A DNA stretch of 46,441 nucleotides from Chloroflexota bacterium (GCA_009840965.1 VXMT01000159.1:1-46441), one strand, 5' to 3'. Positions 34,965 through 43,732 are shown, counted from the first letter of the stretch. Notes: generated by a model from the sequence alone, not told the origin. Program-made: numbers and translations.

Positions 34965-36347
34965 ATGATCCAGGCACGACCGACCGAGTTGCGCGTCCGT
35001 GATCCCGGGATCCGCGCCCTCTTCACGCAGGAGGCGCGCTGGCAGTCGTGGCTCGACGTGGAGGTGGCGCTCGCCTCGGCGCAGGCCGGGATCGGGATGA
35101 TTCCCGAGGCGGCCGCGACGGAGATCGGGCGCAAGGCGCGCCTCGAGCTGTTCGACCTCGAGCGCGTGACCGAGGGGCTGCGCGTCACCGGGCATGGCCT
35201 CGTGCCGCTCGTCTGGGAGCTCGACCGGCTGTGCGAGGGCGATGCTGGTGGGTATGTCCACTGGGGCGCGACCACGCAGAACATCACCCAGACGGGCGCC
35301 CTGCTCCAGCTGCGCAAGGCGCACCACATCCTGTTCGCCGAGATCGCGGACCTGCTTCAGGCCCTCGCCGGCCTCGCGGAGCGCACGAAGGACGACGCGA
35401 TTGCCGGGCGCACGCACGGGCAGCATGCGGTGCCCTCGACCTTCGGCGCGAAGGTCGCCGTCTGGATCGACGAGCTCTGCCGCCACGCGGAGCGGCTGCG
35501 GCAGTTGGAGCCGCGCACGTTCGCCGCGATGCTCGGCGGCGGGGCCGGCACGGCCGCCTCGTTCGAGGGCCACGCGCCCGCGCTGCAGCGCAGGATGGGC
35601 GAGTTGCTCGGGCTCGGCTCGATGCCTCTGCCCGGCCGCACCATCTACGACCACATGACCGAGTACGTCCTCGCCCTCGCGCTGCTCTGCACGAGCTGCG
35701 GCAAGACCGCGCGCGAGGTGCGCAAGCTCATGGCCGAGGAGTTCGGCGAGGTCGAGGAGCACGTGCCCCCGGGCACGGTCGGCAGCAGCACGATGCCGCA
35801 GAAGCGCAACCCGAAGCTCTGCCAGGACATCATCGCCGACGAGACGAACGTGCGGTCCCTCGTCCCGCTCGCCCTCGAGGCGATGCTCGGCGACCACGAG
35901 GCGGACGGCAGCCGCTCGATGATGATCGACCGTGCGCTGCGGCAGGCGGTCGAGCTGACCGGCGACATCCTCGTGCGGCTGCTCGACGTCGTCTCGGGGC
36001 TGCGCGTCTTCCCGGAGCGGATGCGCGAGAACCTCGATCTCTCGGGCGGGCTGATCATGTCGGAGAGCCTGATGCTCGAGCTGGGGCGCGAGATCGGGCG
36101 GCAGCGCGCGCACGACGCCGTATACGAGGCGGCGCAGGAGGCCGCGACGAGCGGGGAGTCGTTCGCCTCGCTGCTTGCGAGCGACGAGGAGGTCGCCGCA
36201 CGGCTCGGCGCGGAGCGCCTGGCGGAGCTGCTGGACCCGACGCGCTACACCGGCGACAGCGCGCGCCAGGCCGAGGAGCAGGCCGCCCGCGCCCGAGGGG
36301 TGGCCGCCGGGCTGCGCGAGGCGATCGCCACGGGCGTCCTCGGATAG
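34965..36347 (+). CDS. Class II fumarase/aspartase-superfamily lyase (adenylosuccinate lyase / 3-carboxy-cis,cis-muconate cycloisomerase-like)
   Basis: 460 aa. Signature GSSTMPQKRNP, with HWGATTQN and TFGAK motifs. Confidence 0.8.
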   Translation: MIQARPTELRVRDPGIRALFTQEARWQSWLDVEVALASAQAGIGMIPEAAATEIGRKARLELFDLERVTEGLRVTGHGLVPLVWELDRLCEGDAGGYVHWGATTQNITQTGALLQLRKAHHILFAEIADLLQALAGLAERTKDDAIAGRTHGQHAVPSTFGAKVAVWIDELCRHAERLRQLEPRTFAAMLGGGAGTAASFEGHAPALQRRMGELLGLGSMPLPGRTIYDHMTEYVLALALLCTSCGKTAREVRKLMAEEFGEVEEHVPPGTVGSSTMPQKRNPKLCQDIIADETNVRSLVPLALEAMLGDHEADGSRSMMIDRALRQAVELTGDILVRLLDVVSGLRVFPERMRENLDLSGGLIMSESLMLELGREIGRQRAHDAVYEAAQEAATSGESFASLLASDEEVAARLGAERLAELLDPTRYTGDSARQAEEQAARARGVAAGLREAIATGVLG

Positions 36348-36356
36348 AATCTCGCC

Positions 36357-38840
36357 ATGAACCGGGTACTCAGCGGGTGGAGTTGGCTGGTCACGGTCCG
36401 GCCGTACGCCACGATCGCCGTCCTCTTCGTGATCACCGTCGTCCTGGCGGCGGGCGCCGGCCGGCGCGCCGAGGTAATCGAGGGCGCGGCCCTGGCGTTC
36501 CTGCCTCCGGGGAACGCGGTCGCGGAGGCGATCGCGGAGATCGGCGAGCGCTTCGAGGAGACGGGCGACGTCCGGGTCGTGACGCTCGTCTTCCGCGGGG
36601 AAGCACTGACGCCGGAGGCGCTCACCCAGGCGGACGCCCTGCTCGACCGCATCATCGGCGACCCTGACGTGGGGGCGCTGTTCGCGCCCGGCGATCCGGT
36701 TGTGGCGCTCAGTCCGCTGCTCGAGGCCGCGCTCCAGGTGGACGGCTTCGCATCGGTCACGCAGGCGGAGATCGACGCCGTTCGCGGCGTCCCGGAGATC
36801 GGGGCCGTGATCGGCGCGCTCACGGGGACCGATGCGGACGGCACGCCGGTCGCGATCGCCACGATCCGCCTGACGGACACCGGGGACGAACGCATCGAGG
36901 AAGCCGAGCGGCGGATCAACGAGCTGGCGGTCGAGGACGAAGGCCCGCTACGCGTGAGCAGCGTCTCGCCCGTGGTGGTCGAGGACGAGTACAAGAAGGC
37001 CACCGAGGAAGGCACGGCGCCCCTGATTGGGCTGGCGCTGCTGCTGATCGCGGTGCTGCTCCTGGTCTTCCTGCGCACGCCCTCCGATCTGCTGCTCACC
37101 CTGCTCGGCCTACTCTTCTCGCTGATCTGGGTCATCGGGGCGGAGGGCTGGCTGGGACCGAACGGGCTGGCGCTGATCGGCCCGCCAAGCTCCCTCACCG
37201 CGCTGGTGCCGATCATCGTGATCAGCCTCACGGTGGACTACGCGATCCAGGCCGTCTCGCACTATCGAGAGCAGCGAAACGCCGGCGAGCCGGTGTTGGC
37301 CGCGGTCCGCCGAGGACTGCAGCACGTCACCGTGCCGCTGGTGCTGGCCGCCGTCACGACGATCGCAAGCCTGCTGGTGAACCTGCTCTCCCCGATCGGC
37401 GTCATGGGCGACTTCGGCATCGTCGCAGGGCTGGGCGTCGGGATGAGCCTGATCGTGATGCTGACGCTGATCCCGGCGGGCCGGCTGATCATCGACCGGC
37501 GGCGCGAGGCGCGGGGCACGTTGCGGGAGCCTCGCCCGGTCGCGAACGCCCTGCCGGGTATCACGAGGTTCGCCGAGCTGCTGGGGACGTCGGTCGCGCG
37601 GCAGCCGGCGCCCTACCTGGTGGTTGTGATCGTCGTGACCATCGGGCTTGGCTTCGCGGCCAGGGATCTCGAGTCGGGGTTCAACATTCGCGACATCCTG
37701 CCCAGCAGCGGGAGCGTGATCGAAGACCTCGACACCCTCGACAGCTCCGTCGGCGGCTCAACGGAGCTGGCCAGCGTCCTCGTGCGGGCGGAGGCGACGG
37801 AAGCCCGCACGCTGCTGAACCTGCACGACCTGCGGACCGCCTTCGACGACCCGGCGCGCCGCCCGGCGGCGGCCGCGGGACCGCTCCAGACATCGTACGA
37901 GTTGCTCGTGCAGGACTGGATCGAGGACAGCGGGGAGCCCGGCGACAAGTACGACCCGGAGCTCGCCGCGCTCTTCCGGGACGCCACCGCGGGAGTGGGC
38001 CTCGATCAGGCGCTGATGCAGGAGTTCCTCGACGGGCTCCAGGCGCGTGATCCCGCCGCCGCGCACGCGCTGGTGGACAACCCCAACGGCGCCGACCTGC
38101 TGCTGGTCCAGTTCCCGACCTTCTCCGGCGACCCCGCCATCACCAGGGAGCTCCAGGAGGACATCGAGGCGCTCTGGTTCGGGGAGGACGGCGCGATCAC
38201 GGCGACATCGGCCAGCATCACCGCGGTCACCGTGACGGACGAGATCACGAGCCGGCAGACCGCGGCGATCAGCACGACCATCGCAGTCGCCCTCAGCATC
38301 CTCGCCCTCTTCTTCTGGGTGACGCAGCGCCAGCCCTTACTGGCGGTGGTCGCGGTGGGGCCGATCGTGCTGGTCCTGATCTGGGTGCTGGGCACGATGG
38401 CGCTGCTGGACATTCCCTACTCGCTGGTCACGTCGATCATCACCGCGCTCTCGATCGGCATCGGGGTGGACTACACGATCCACCTGATCCATCGCTACAA
38501 GGAGGAGTTCGGTCGCGAGCGCAATCCGGAGCGAGCGGCGATCCAGACGCTGAAGACAACGGGCTCCGCGCTCCTCGGTTCCGCCCTCACCACGGCGCTT
38601 GGGCTCGGCGTGCTGGTAGCCTCGCCGGTGCTCGCGTCCCAGCAGTTCGGGATTACCGCGGCGATCACGATCGCCTACTGCCTGATCGTCTCGATGCTGG
38701 TCGTGCCGCCGGTGATGACGGTCTGGGGCGCCTACCAGAACATGCGCCTGCGCTCGATGGTGGACCGCATGGCGGAGGAGCTGGACCTGATGATCGAAGA
38801 CGTGCACCGGCGTCACGAGCAGGAGCAAGCCTCGTCGTAG
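36357..38840 (+). CDS. RND-superfamily MMPL/HAE3-type membrane transporter
   Basis: 827 aa. Two TM bundles (about aa 225-385 and 650-800) are separated by large soluble domains. The repeated motif LSIGIGVDYTIH / SLTVDYAIQ is typical of MMPL/HAE3 (HpnN-like) transporters. Native high-GC composition. Confidence 0.8.
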   Translation: MNRVLSGWSWLVTVRPYATIAVLFVITVVLAAGAGRRAEVIEGAALAFLPPGNAVAEAIAEIGERFEETGDVRVVTLVFRGEALTPEALTQADALLDRIIGDPDVGALFAPGDPVVALSPLLEAALQVDGFASVTQAEIDAVRGVPEIGAVIGALTGTDADGTPVAIATIRLTDTGDERIEEAERRINELAVEDEGPLRVSSVSPVVVEDEYKKATEEGTAPLIGLALLLIAVLLLVFLRTPSDLLLTLLGLLFSLIWVIGAEGWLGPNGLALIGPPSSLTALVPIIVISLTVDYAIQAVSHYREQRNAGEPVLAAVRRGLQHVTVPLVLAAVTTIASLLVNLLSPIGVMGDFGIVAGLGVGMSLIVMLTLIPAGRLIIDRRREARGTLREPRPVANALPGITRFAELLGTSVARQPAPYLVVVIVVTIGLGFAARDLESGFNIRDILPSSGSVIEDLDTLDSSVGGSTELASVLVRAEATEARTLLNLHDLRTAFDDPARRPAAAAGPLQTSYELLVQDWIEDSGEPGDKYDPELAALFRDATAGVGLDQALMQEFLDGLQARDPAAAHALVDNPNGADLLLVQFPTFSGDPAITRELQEDIEALWFGEDGAITATSASITAVTVTDEITSRQTAAISTTIAVALSILALFFWVTQRQPLLAVVAVGPIVLVLIWVLGTMALLDIPYSLVTSIITALSIGIGVDYTIHLIHRYKEEFGRERNPERAAIQTLKTTGSALLGSALTTALGLGVLVASPVLASQQFGITAAITIAYCLIVSMLVVPPVMTVWGAYQNMRLRSMVDRMAEELDLMIEDVHRRHEQEQASS

Positions 38841-38853
38841 GCGCGGCAGTCTG

Positions 38854-39888
38854 CTAGAGGGGCTTTCGAGCCAGGAAGCAGTACAGCGGTGTGAAGATGC
38901 CCGTCTTGCCGCCCGCGACATAGGCATCCGCGGTCCGATCCAGCATTCGGGCAACTTCCGCGGAGCCCTTCGGAAACAGCCGCACGAGTTCGGCCAGCCT
39001 CAGTCCTGTGATGAGCGCTTTGCGGCCCCACGGAAGCATGTGCAAGGTGCCGCCCAATGTCCCATGGCGACTCTCCATGGGTTGGTACCACGGTGTTGAT
39101 GGTCCCGTTGTGGCTCCTCGGTCTATCCCTTCGAGCACGTGGAATCCGGCCGCTTCGAGAGCGTGATCCACCTCCCTGAACGTCGCGATGTCGTTCAGCG
39201 CAATCCCGTGCATGAGGTCCAGCTTGATGGTCCGATGCCGGTCGTCGCTGGGATCGAACTCCTCCGTCAGACACATCTCCTGGCCCCAGAGGAGGGCGCC
39301 GGGCTTCAGCACGCGGAATATCTCCTCGAACGCGCCTTGCTTGTCCGGCGCATGGCACGTCGACTCGATGGCATAACCCCGGTCGAAGGTCTCGTCTCCT
39401 ATGGCGCTCATATCCATGAAGCTGCACGCCTCAAAATCGACCATGTGGTCCAGCCCGGACTCGGCGTTCAACCTCTTCGCCATATCCAGCTGGATCTCGT
39501 TGATGTTGATTCCTGTAACCCGGACACCAGCCTCACGTACGACGCGGCGCATTGGTCCGCCAACCCCACATCCAACATCGACCACCGTCATACCCTGCTG
39601 CAGCTCCAGCTTGGAGATCATCAACCGCTGATGCCGGACTATGGATTGCTCCAGCGTCTCATCAGGCCTGAGGGGTGCGAAGTGCAGGGACTCGCCCCAC
39701 AGGCAGACCATGAACGCGCTGGAAAGCGCGTAGTACTCGTTCGCCGTTTCGGCGTGGTCGGGGGCGCTCGCACCATCACCCCCCGCCACCCCCAGTCCGG
39801 TTCGGTCGTCGAAGTGCTGGATCCGACGCGAGACGTCGGATCGCTGGTAGCCGCGCCTGAGCTCCTTGAGCAGTCTGACTAGCTGCAT
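38854..39888 (-). CDS. SAM-dependent C-methyltransferase of the sterol 24-C-methyltransferase (SMT/ERG6) family
   Basis: SMT-region motifs YYALSSAFMVCLWGESLHFAP, SAM motif VVDVGCGVGGP, YAIESTCHAP and C-terminal PWYQP...GIFTPLYCFLARKP (Sterol_MT_C-like). The start is uncertain: ATG 39888 is preferred and ATG 39984 is possible. Confidence 0.8.
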   Translation of the reverse strand: MQLVRLLKELRRGYQRSDVSRRIQHFDDRTGLGVAGGDGASAPDHAETANEYYALSSAFMVCLWGESLHFAPLRPDETLEQSIVRHQRLMISKLELQQGMTVVDVGCGVGGPMRRVVREAGVRVTGININEIQLDMAKRLNAESGLDHMVDFEACSFMDMSAIGDETFDRGYAIESTCHAPDKQGAFEEIFRVLKPGALLWGQEMCLTEEFDPSDDRHRTIKLDLMHGIALNDIATFREVDHALEAAGFHVLEGIDRGATTGPSTPWYQPMESRHGTLGGTLHMLPWGRKALITGLRLAELVRLFPKGSAEVARMLDRTADAYVAGGKTGIFTPLYCFLARKPL

Positions 39889-40003
39889 GTCGTGGTACTC
39901 GCCTTTGCCTTTAGTCAAGCGTAGCCACACGCCGCGTTCGCGGCCAGCCGCGCCCTGGTGGGCGCGTCCGCCACGAGCCGGCAACCTCAGTCGCGATCGC
40001 GCG

Positions 40004-42028
40004 TCAGACGGGTAGCTCGCGCCGCCGCTCGGCGATGTGGAACTTCAGCTTCTTGCTCACCGAGAGCGACGGGAACGGGTCGATCTTGAGATTGTAGTTC
40101 TTTGGCGACACCTCGATCGTGAAGTGGTGCGCGAGCAGCAGCAGGTTGACCGCCAGCTGCAGCTCCATCCAGCGGTTGCCGAGGCAGGTGTGGGTGCCCA
40201 GCCCGAACGGGGCGTACCCGGGGCTGAGGTGCTCGTTGCGGTCGGGCAGATAGCGGTCGATATCGAACTCCCACGGATCGGGGAACACGCGGTCCATGTA
40301 GTGCGCGGCCGCCTGGGCGATGAACACCCGCGAACCCTGGGGAATCTCGTAGCCCTCCACCACGCACGCATTCATCACGTTCCGCACGGACATCGGAACG
40401 ATCGAGTACATGCGCATGGACTCCATGATGAAGCGGCGCGTGACGTCGACCGACTCCTCCGTGAAGTCCTCGCGTCCGGGATCGCCGCCATCGAACAGGG
40501 CGTCGGCCTCCTCGCGGATCCTGGCGTAGAGATCGGGCTGGGACGCCATCGCGTAGAGCGCGAAGCTCAGCCCATCGCCGAGGTAGACGCTGGCAATCAG
40601 CGGCGCCGAGAGGACGAAGCGCAGGTTCGACTCCGGGAGGAACGCAGGGTCGCTCGAGTGCATGCTGAGCAGGTCGTCCGCGAGATCGCGAGGGCGACCG
40701 GCCCGCTGGGCGGCCGTATGGACACCCTGGACGCGCTGCAGCAGCACCTCGATGCTCTTCGCGCGACGCCGCATCGCCGGGGTCTTGAGCATGAACTTGG
40801 GCATGACGCCCAGGACGTGCGTGGACAGCGCCCGTGTCTTGTACTTGACCAGATCGTCCAGGACGTCCTGCGAATCGACGCTGATCATCAGGGGCGAGAT
40901 CTGGGCGTTGATGAAGTGCCGGCACATAGCCACCGCGGGCATGGTGTCTCCGGCCTCCCAGGTCGCCATGTGTGATCGGATGTAGTCGTAGAGATTCTCC
41001 AGTTGCCCTTCCAGCCTCGCGCGCGAGTACCCCGGCGCCATCGCCTTGCGGAACCGGAAGTGATCGGCGCCGTCCAGCGCGGGCAGGATCCCGGATGCGC
41101 CATAGACCTTCTCGAAGTCCTGGAGGTAGTCCCGGGCGCGCAGGTACATGCGCCCCTGGCGGTGCGCCCAGTAGTTCGTCTCGGGCCCCGCCAGGATGAG
41201 CATGGGCTGCTGGAACGGCGGGTTGACCTGGTACACGGGCCCGTACTGCTCCGCGAGATCCGCGAACAGGGCAGGGAGGTTCCCGTCGCGAAGATGCCGA
41301 TGCAGCGCGAACTTGTGCAGCGGCACCTTCGGGATTGACTTGGTCAGGCCGCGCCGCAGCAACGGGACGTTGATGTTCTGGCTTACCGCCTCGGCGATCG
41401 CCCGGCCGATCAGGTCCATCCGGCAGATCAGCTCGATCCGCTCCTCCGACTCGTCATCGAGCTGGAACATGAAGCGGAAGACATCGCACGTGTCGATGAG
41501 GGCGACAATGATGATATCGCGAGGTGTGGGAATCTCGTTGGTGAAGATCACCTTGCTGATGCGCGTCTTGACGAACTCGGCGGCGGTGCCTTCCCCCTCG
41601 CTGCTGAACATCTCCGTCTGCCAGGCGGTACGAGCCAGCGTCCAGAAGTCGCCTTCGTGATGCTCGAGGATCTTCAGGTCAACCAGACGGTCCAGCGACA
41701 GGTCGATGATCGTCTCTGCCCGGGGAGCGAGCCGCTCGATCCAGTACTGGGCATTCCGCTGCGCCGGTTCGGCGGCGATCTGCTTGAGGACGGGATCCAG
41801 GGCCGGGTCACCCGTCTCCGTCTCGTCGAGCAGGATCAGGGAGTCCATGTCCGTGTCGATACGCGAGATGAGGGAGAGCTCCGCGAGCACGGCGCCGGCA
41901 ACGGCGCAGTTCAGACTCCAGCCGGGTACCTGGTGAAAGTACCCGCTCTCCTCGTTGAGCAGCATCAGGACGAGCTCTTCGGGCAACGTCAACAGTTGCG
42001 TCGCAACAGGATCCCTGGCGAGGGTCAT
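40004..42028 (-). CDS. Fusion protein: N-terminal GPP34/GOLPH3-family domain plus C-terminal cytochrome P450
   Basis: Start at ATG 42028 (SD GGAG 8 nt upstream), 674 aa. GPP34-like LPEELVLMLLNEESGYF...AVAGAVLAELSLISRI...GDPALDPVLKQI. P450 ExxR (ESMRMY) and heme loop FGLGTHTCLG. The track ORF extension to 42904 is antisense to the Rieske gene and is rejected. Confidence 0.8.
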   Translation of the reverse strand: MTLARDPVATQLLTLPEELVLMLLNEESGYFHQVPGWSLNCAVAGAVLAELSLISRIDTDMDSLILLDETETGDPALDPVLKQIAAEPAQRNAQYWIERLAPRAETIIDLSLDRLVDLKILEHHEGDFWTLARTAWQTEMFSSEGEGTAAEFVKTRISKVIFTNEIPTPRDIIIVALIDTCDVFRFMFQLDDESEERIELICRMDLIGRAIAEAVSQNINVPLLRRGLTKSIPKVPLHKFALHRHLRDGNLPALFADLAEQYGPVYQVNPPFQQPMLILAGPETNYWAHRQGRMYLRARDYLQDFEKVYGASGILPALDGADHFRFRKAMAPGYSRARLEGQLENLYDYIRSHMATWEAGDTMPAVAMCRHFINAQISPLMISVDSQDVLDDLVKYKTRALSTHVLGVMPKFMLKTPAMRRRAKSIEVLLQRVQGVHTAAQRAGRPRDLADDLLSMHSSDPAFLPESNLRFVLSAPLIASVYLGDGLSFALYAMASQPDLYARIREEADALFDGGDPGREDFTEESVDVTRRFIMESMRMYSIVPMSVRNVMNACVVEGYEIPQGSRVFIAQAAAHYMDRVFPDPWEFDIDRYLPDRNEHLSPGYAPFGLGTHTCLGNRWMELQLAVNLLLLAHHFTIEVSPKNYNLKIDPFPSLSVSKKLKFHIAERRRELPV

Positions 42029-42193
42029 CGGTCCCGCTCCTAACCCATCACCTTCAAGCGTAGCCACCGAGGTCACGCCCCGCAAGGCGATCCCGTACGG
42101 GTGCGACGGAGGAAATATGTCTCGTATCCTAGAAGGGACACCAGCCGGCCAGGGAGCCGTCGCCCCTCGATTGCGGGTGAGGAGTGGCGAACG
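42029..42193. promoter_or_regulatory. Divergent intergenic region between the P450 fusion and Rieske genes (promoters/operator expected)
   Basis: 165 bp. Contains the 10-bp palindrome CCCGTACGGG (42092-42101) and an AT-richer patch GGAAATATGTCTCGTATCCTAGAA. No specific site can be assigned. Confidence 0.3.
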
Positions 42194-43240
42194 ATGGTAG
42201 CCCGACATGGCGAGCCTGCGATCGTCGCGCTGCCTCCGTTCCCCGAGGGCTGGTACTTCGTCACGAGCCGCAAGGCCCTGCAGAAGGCCGGGCTGATCCA
42301 GACGACCTGGATGGGCGAGAACATCGTCGTCTGGAGCGACGATGAGGGGCGCGCCTGCGTCGCCGAGGCCTTCTGCCCGCACCTGGGCTCCGAACTCGGA
42401 CCGGACGCCGGAGGGCGCGTCTCCGCCGGGCGATTGGTCTGCCCCTTCCACGGCTTCGAGTTCGATACGACGGGCCAGTGCGTCGACACCCCCTACGCGC
42501 CCCCGCCCAGGTCCGCCAGGCTGCGCGTCTTCGAGACACGCGAGATCGCGGGCCTGATCTTCGGCTGGTGGGGAATCGGGGGGCGGGAGCCGCAGTGGGG
42601 CCTGCCCGAGGAGGCGCCGGACCAGACGGGCTGGAGCGAGGTGTACGTCCAGACGCTCCGCTTCCCCGGCCACCCCCAGGAGATCGCGGAGAACTCGGTC
42701 GACCTGGCCCACCTCCGCTACATCCACGGCTACGACAGCGTCAACCGCGTCGAACCGGCCTCGATTGACGGGCACCACATGGTGAGCCGGTTTGACTTCA
42801 CGAGTCGCCGCAAGGTCGCCAGAGTGGCGACGCTCACCTTCGAGATCTCCGCCGACACCGACATCTACGGGTTGGGCTACTCGTTCGTGAGCATCCGGGA
42901 GCACACGATCGGCATGGATATGCGCCTGTGGATCCTGGCGACGCCCGTCGACGGCGAGCTCGTCGACATGACGCTGGCCTCGCAGGTGCGGGAGATCCGC
43001 AACCCGAAGCGACTGTTCGTTGGCCTGGGACTCCTCCCGACGAGGCTGCGCGCGCCGCTCATGAACAGGTTCATGGCGTCCCGGCAGCGCCAGGACGTGC
43101 TCGACGACGTCGTGATCTGGGGGCGCAAGAAGTACGTCTCGCCTCCGCGCCTCAATCGTTCCGACGGCGAGATCATGGCCTACCGGGCCTACTGCGCCCA
43201 GTTCTACCCCGACCCGAGCGACTGCAGCGCCACGTCCTGA
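42194..43240 (+). CDS. Rieske [2Fe-2S] non-heme-iron oxygenase (oxygenase alpha-subunit type, KshA/Neverland-like class)
   Basis: ATG 42194 with SD GAGGAG upstream, 348 aa. Rieske ligands CPHLG...CPFHG. Mononuclear-iron motif ENSVDLAHLRYIH (D-x2-H-x4-H). Confidence 0.85.
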   Translation: MVARHGEPAIVALPPFPEGWYFVTSRKALQKAGLIQTTWMGENIVVWSDDEGRACVAEAFCPHLGSELGPDAGGRVSAGRLVCPFHGFEFDTTGQCVDTPYAPPPRSARLRVFETREIAGLIFGWWGIGGREPQWGLPEEAPDQTGWSEVYVQTLRFPGHPQEIAENSVDLAHLRYIHGYDSVNRVEPASIDGHHMVSRFDFTSRRKVARVATLTFEISADTDIYGLGYSFVSIREHTIGMDMRLWILATPVDGELVDMTLASQVREIRNPKRLFVGLGLLPTRLRAPLMNRFMASRQRQDVLDDVVIWGRKKYVSPPRLNRSDGEIMAYRAYCAQFYPDPSDCSATS

Positions 43241-43282
43241 GGCTCGCCACCGGCTGGCTGCGGATCCGCGCGGCCTCGCGCG

Positions 43283-43732
43283 CTACTCGCTGAGTTCGTC
43301 GCGCACGGCGCCCTGGCCCGGGTGCATCCACTCACTCTCGTAGCGCCGGTGCGCGAACTTCCACTCGCCGTCCACCTTGCGCAGGTGGTCGAAGTAGCGG
43401 CCCGCGAGGCGAAAGAGCCCGTCCGACATCCCCCACGCCGCGATGTAGCACTCGACCCGCGCCTCGTCCGGCGCGCCCTCGACGGCCTCGATGGCGAGGC
43501 TGTTCGTCCAGTGGCGGTAGTCGTCGCCGGTCACCTCGAAGAGGCGGCGCATGTAGGCTTCGAGCCCCTCGCGCCCTTCATGGCGGAACGCCCAGTCCGG
43601 ACCGATCAGTTCGAGCACGCCGTCCTCGGTGAACATCGCCGCCGTCCGCTCGGCCTCGCGGCGGTCGTAGGCGAGGTTCTGGCGGGCGAAGAGGTCACGG
43701 ATCGCCTCGCGGTCCTCGAGCGTCAGCGCCAT
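43283..43732 (-). CDS. NTF2-like / SnoaL-like fold protein
   Basis: 149 aa. REAIRDLFARQNLAYDRREAERTAAMFTEDGVLE N-terminus, typical of SnoaL_4/NTF2-like (ketosteroid-isomerase fold) proteins. Native high GC. Confidence 0.6.
   Translation of the reverse strand: MALTLEDREAIRDLFARQNLAYDRREAERTAAMFTEDGVLELIGPDWAFRHEGREGLEAYMRRLFEVTGDDYRHWTNSLAIEAVEGAPDEARVECYIAAWGMSDGLFRLAGRYFDHLRKVDGEWKFAHRRYESEWMHPGQGAVRDELSE

Noticed and set aside
42029-42904. N-terminal extension of the P450 ORF to 42904 (966 aa)
   Set aside because: The extension is antisense to the well-supported Rieske gene and has shadow composition. ATG 42028 has a good SD, and the GPP34-like domain begins right after it.
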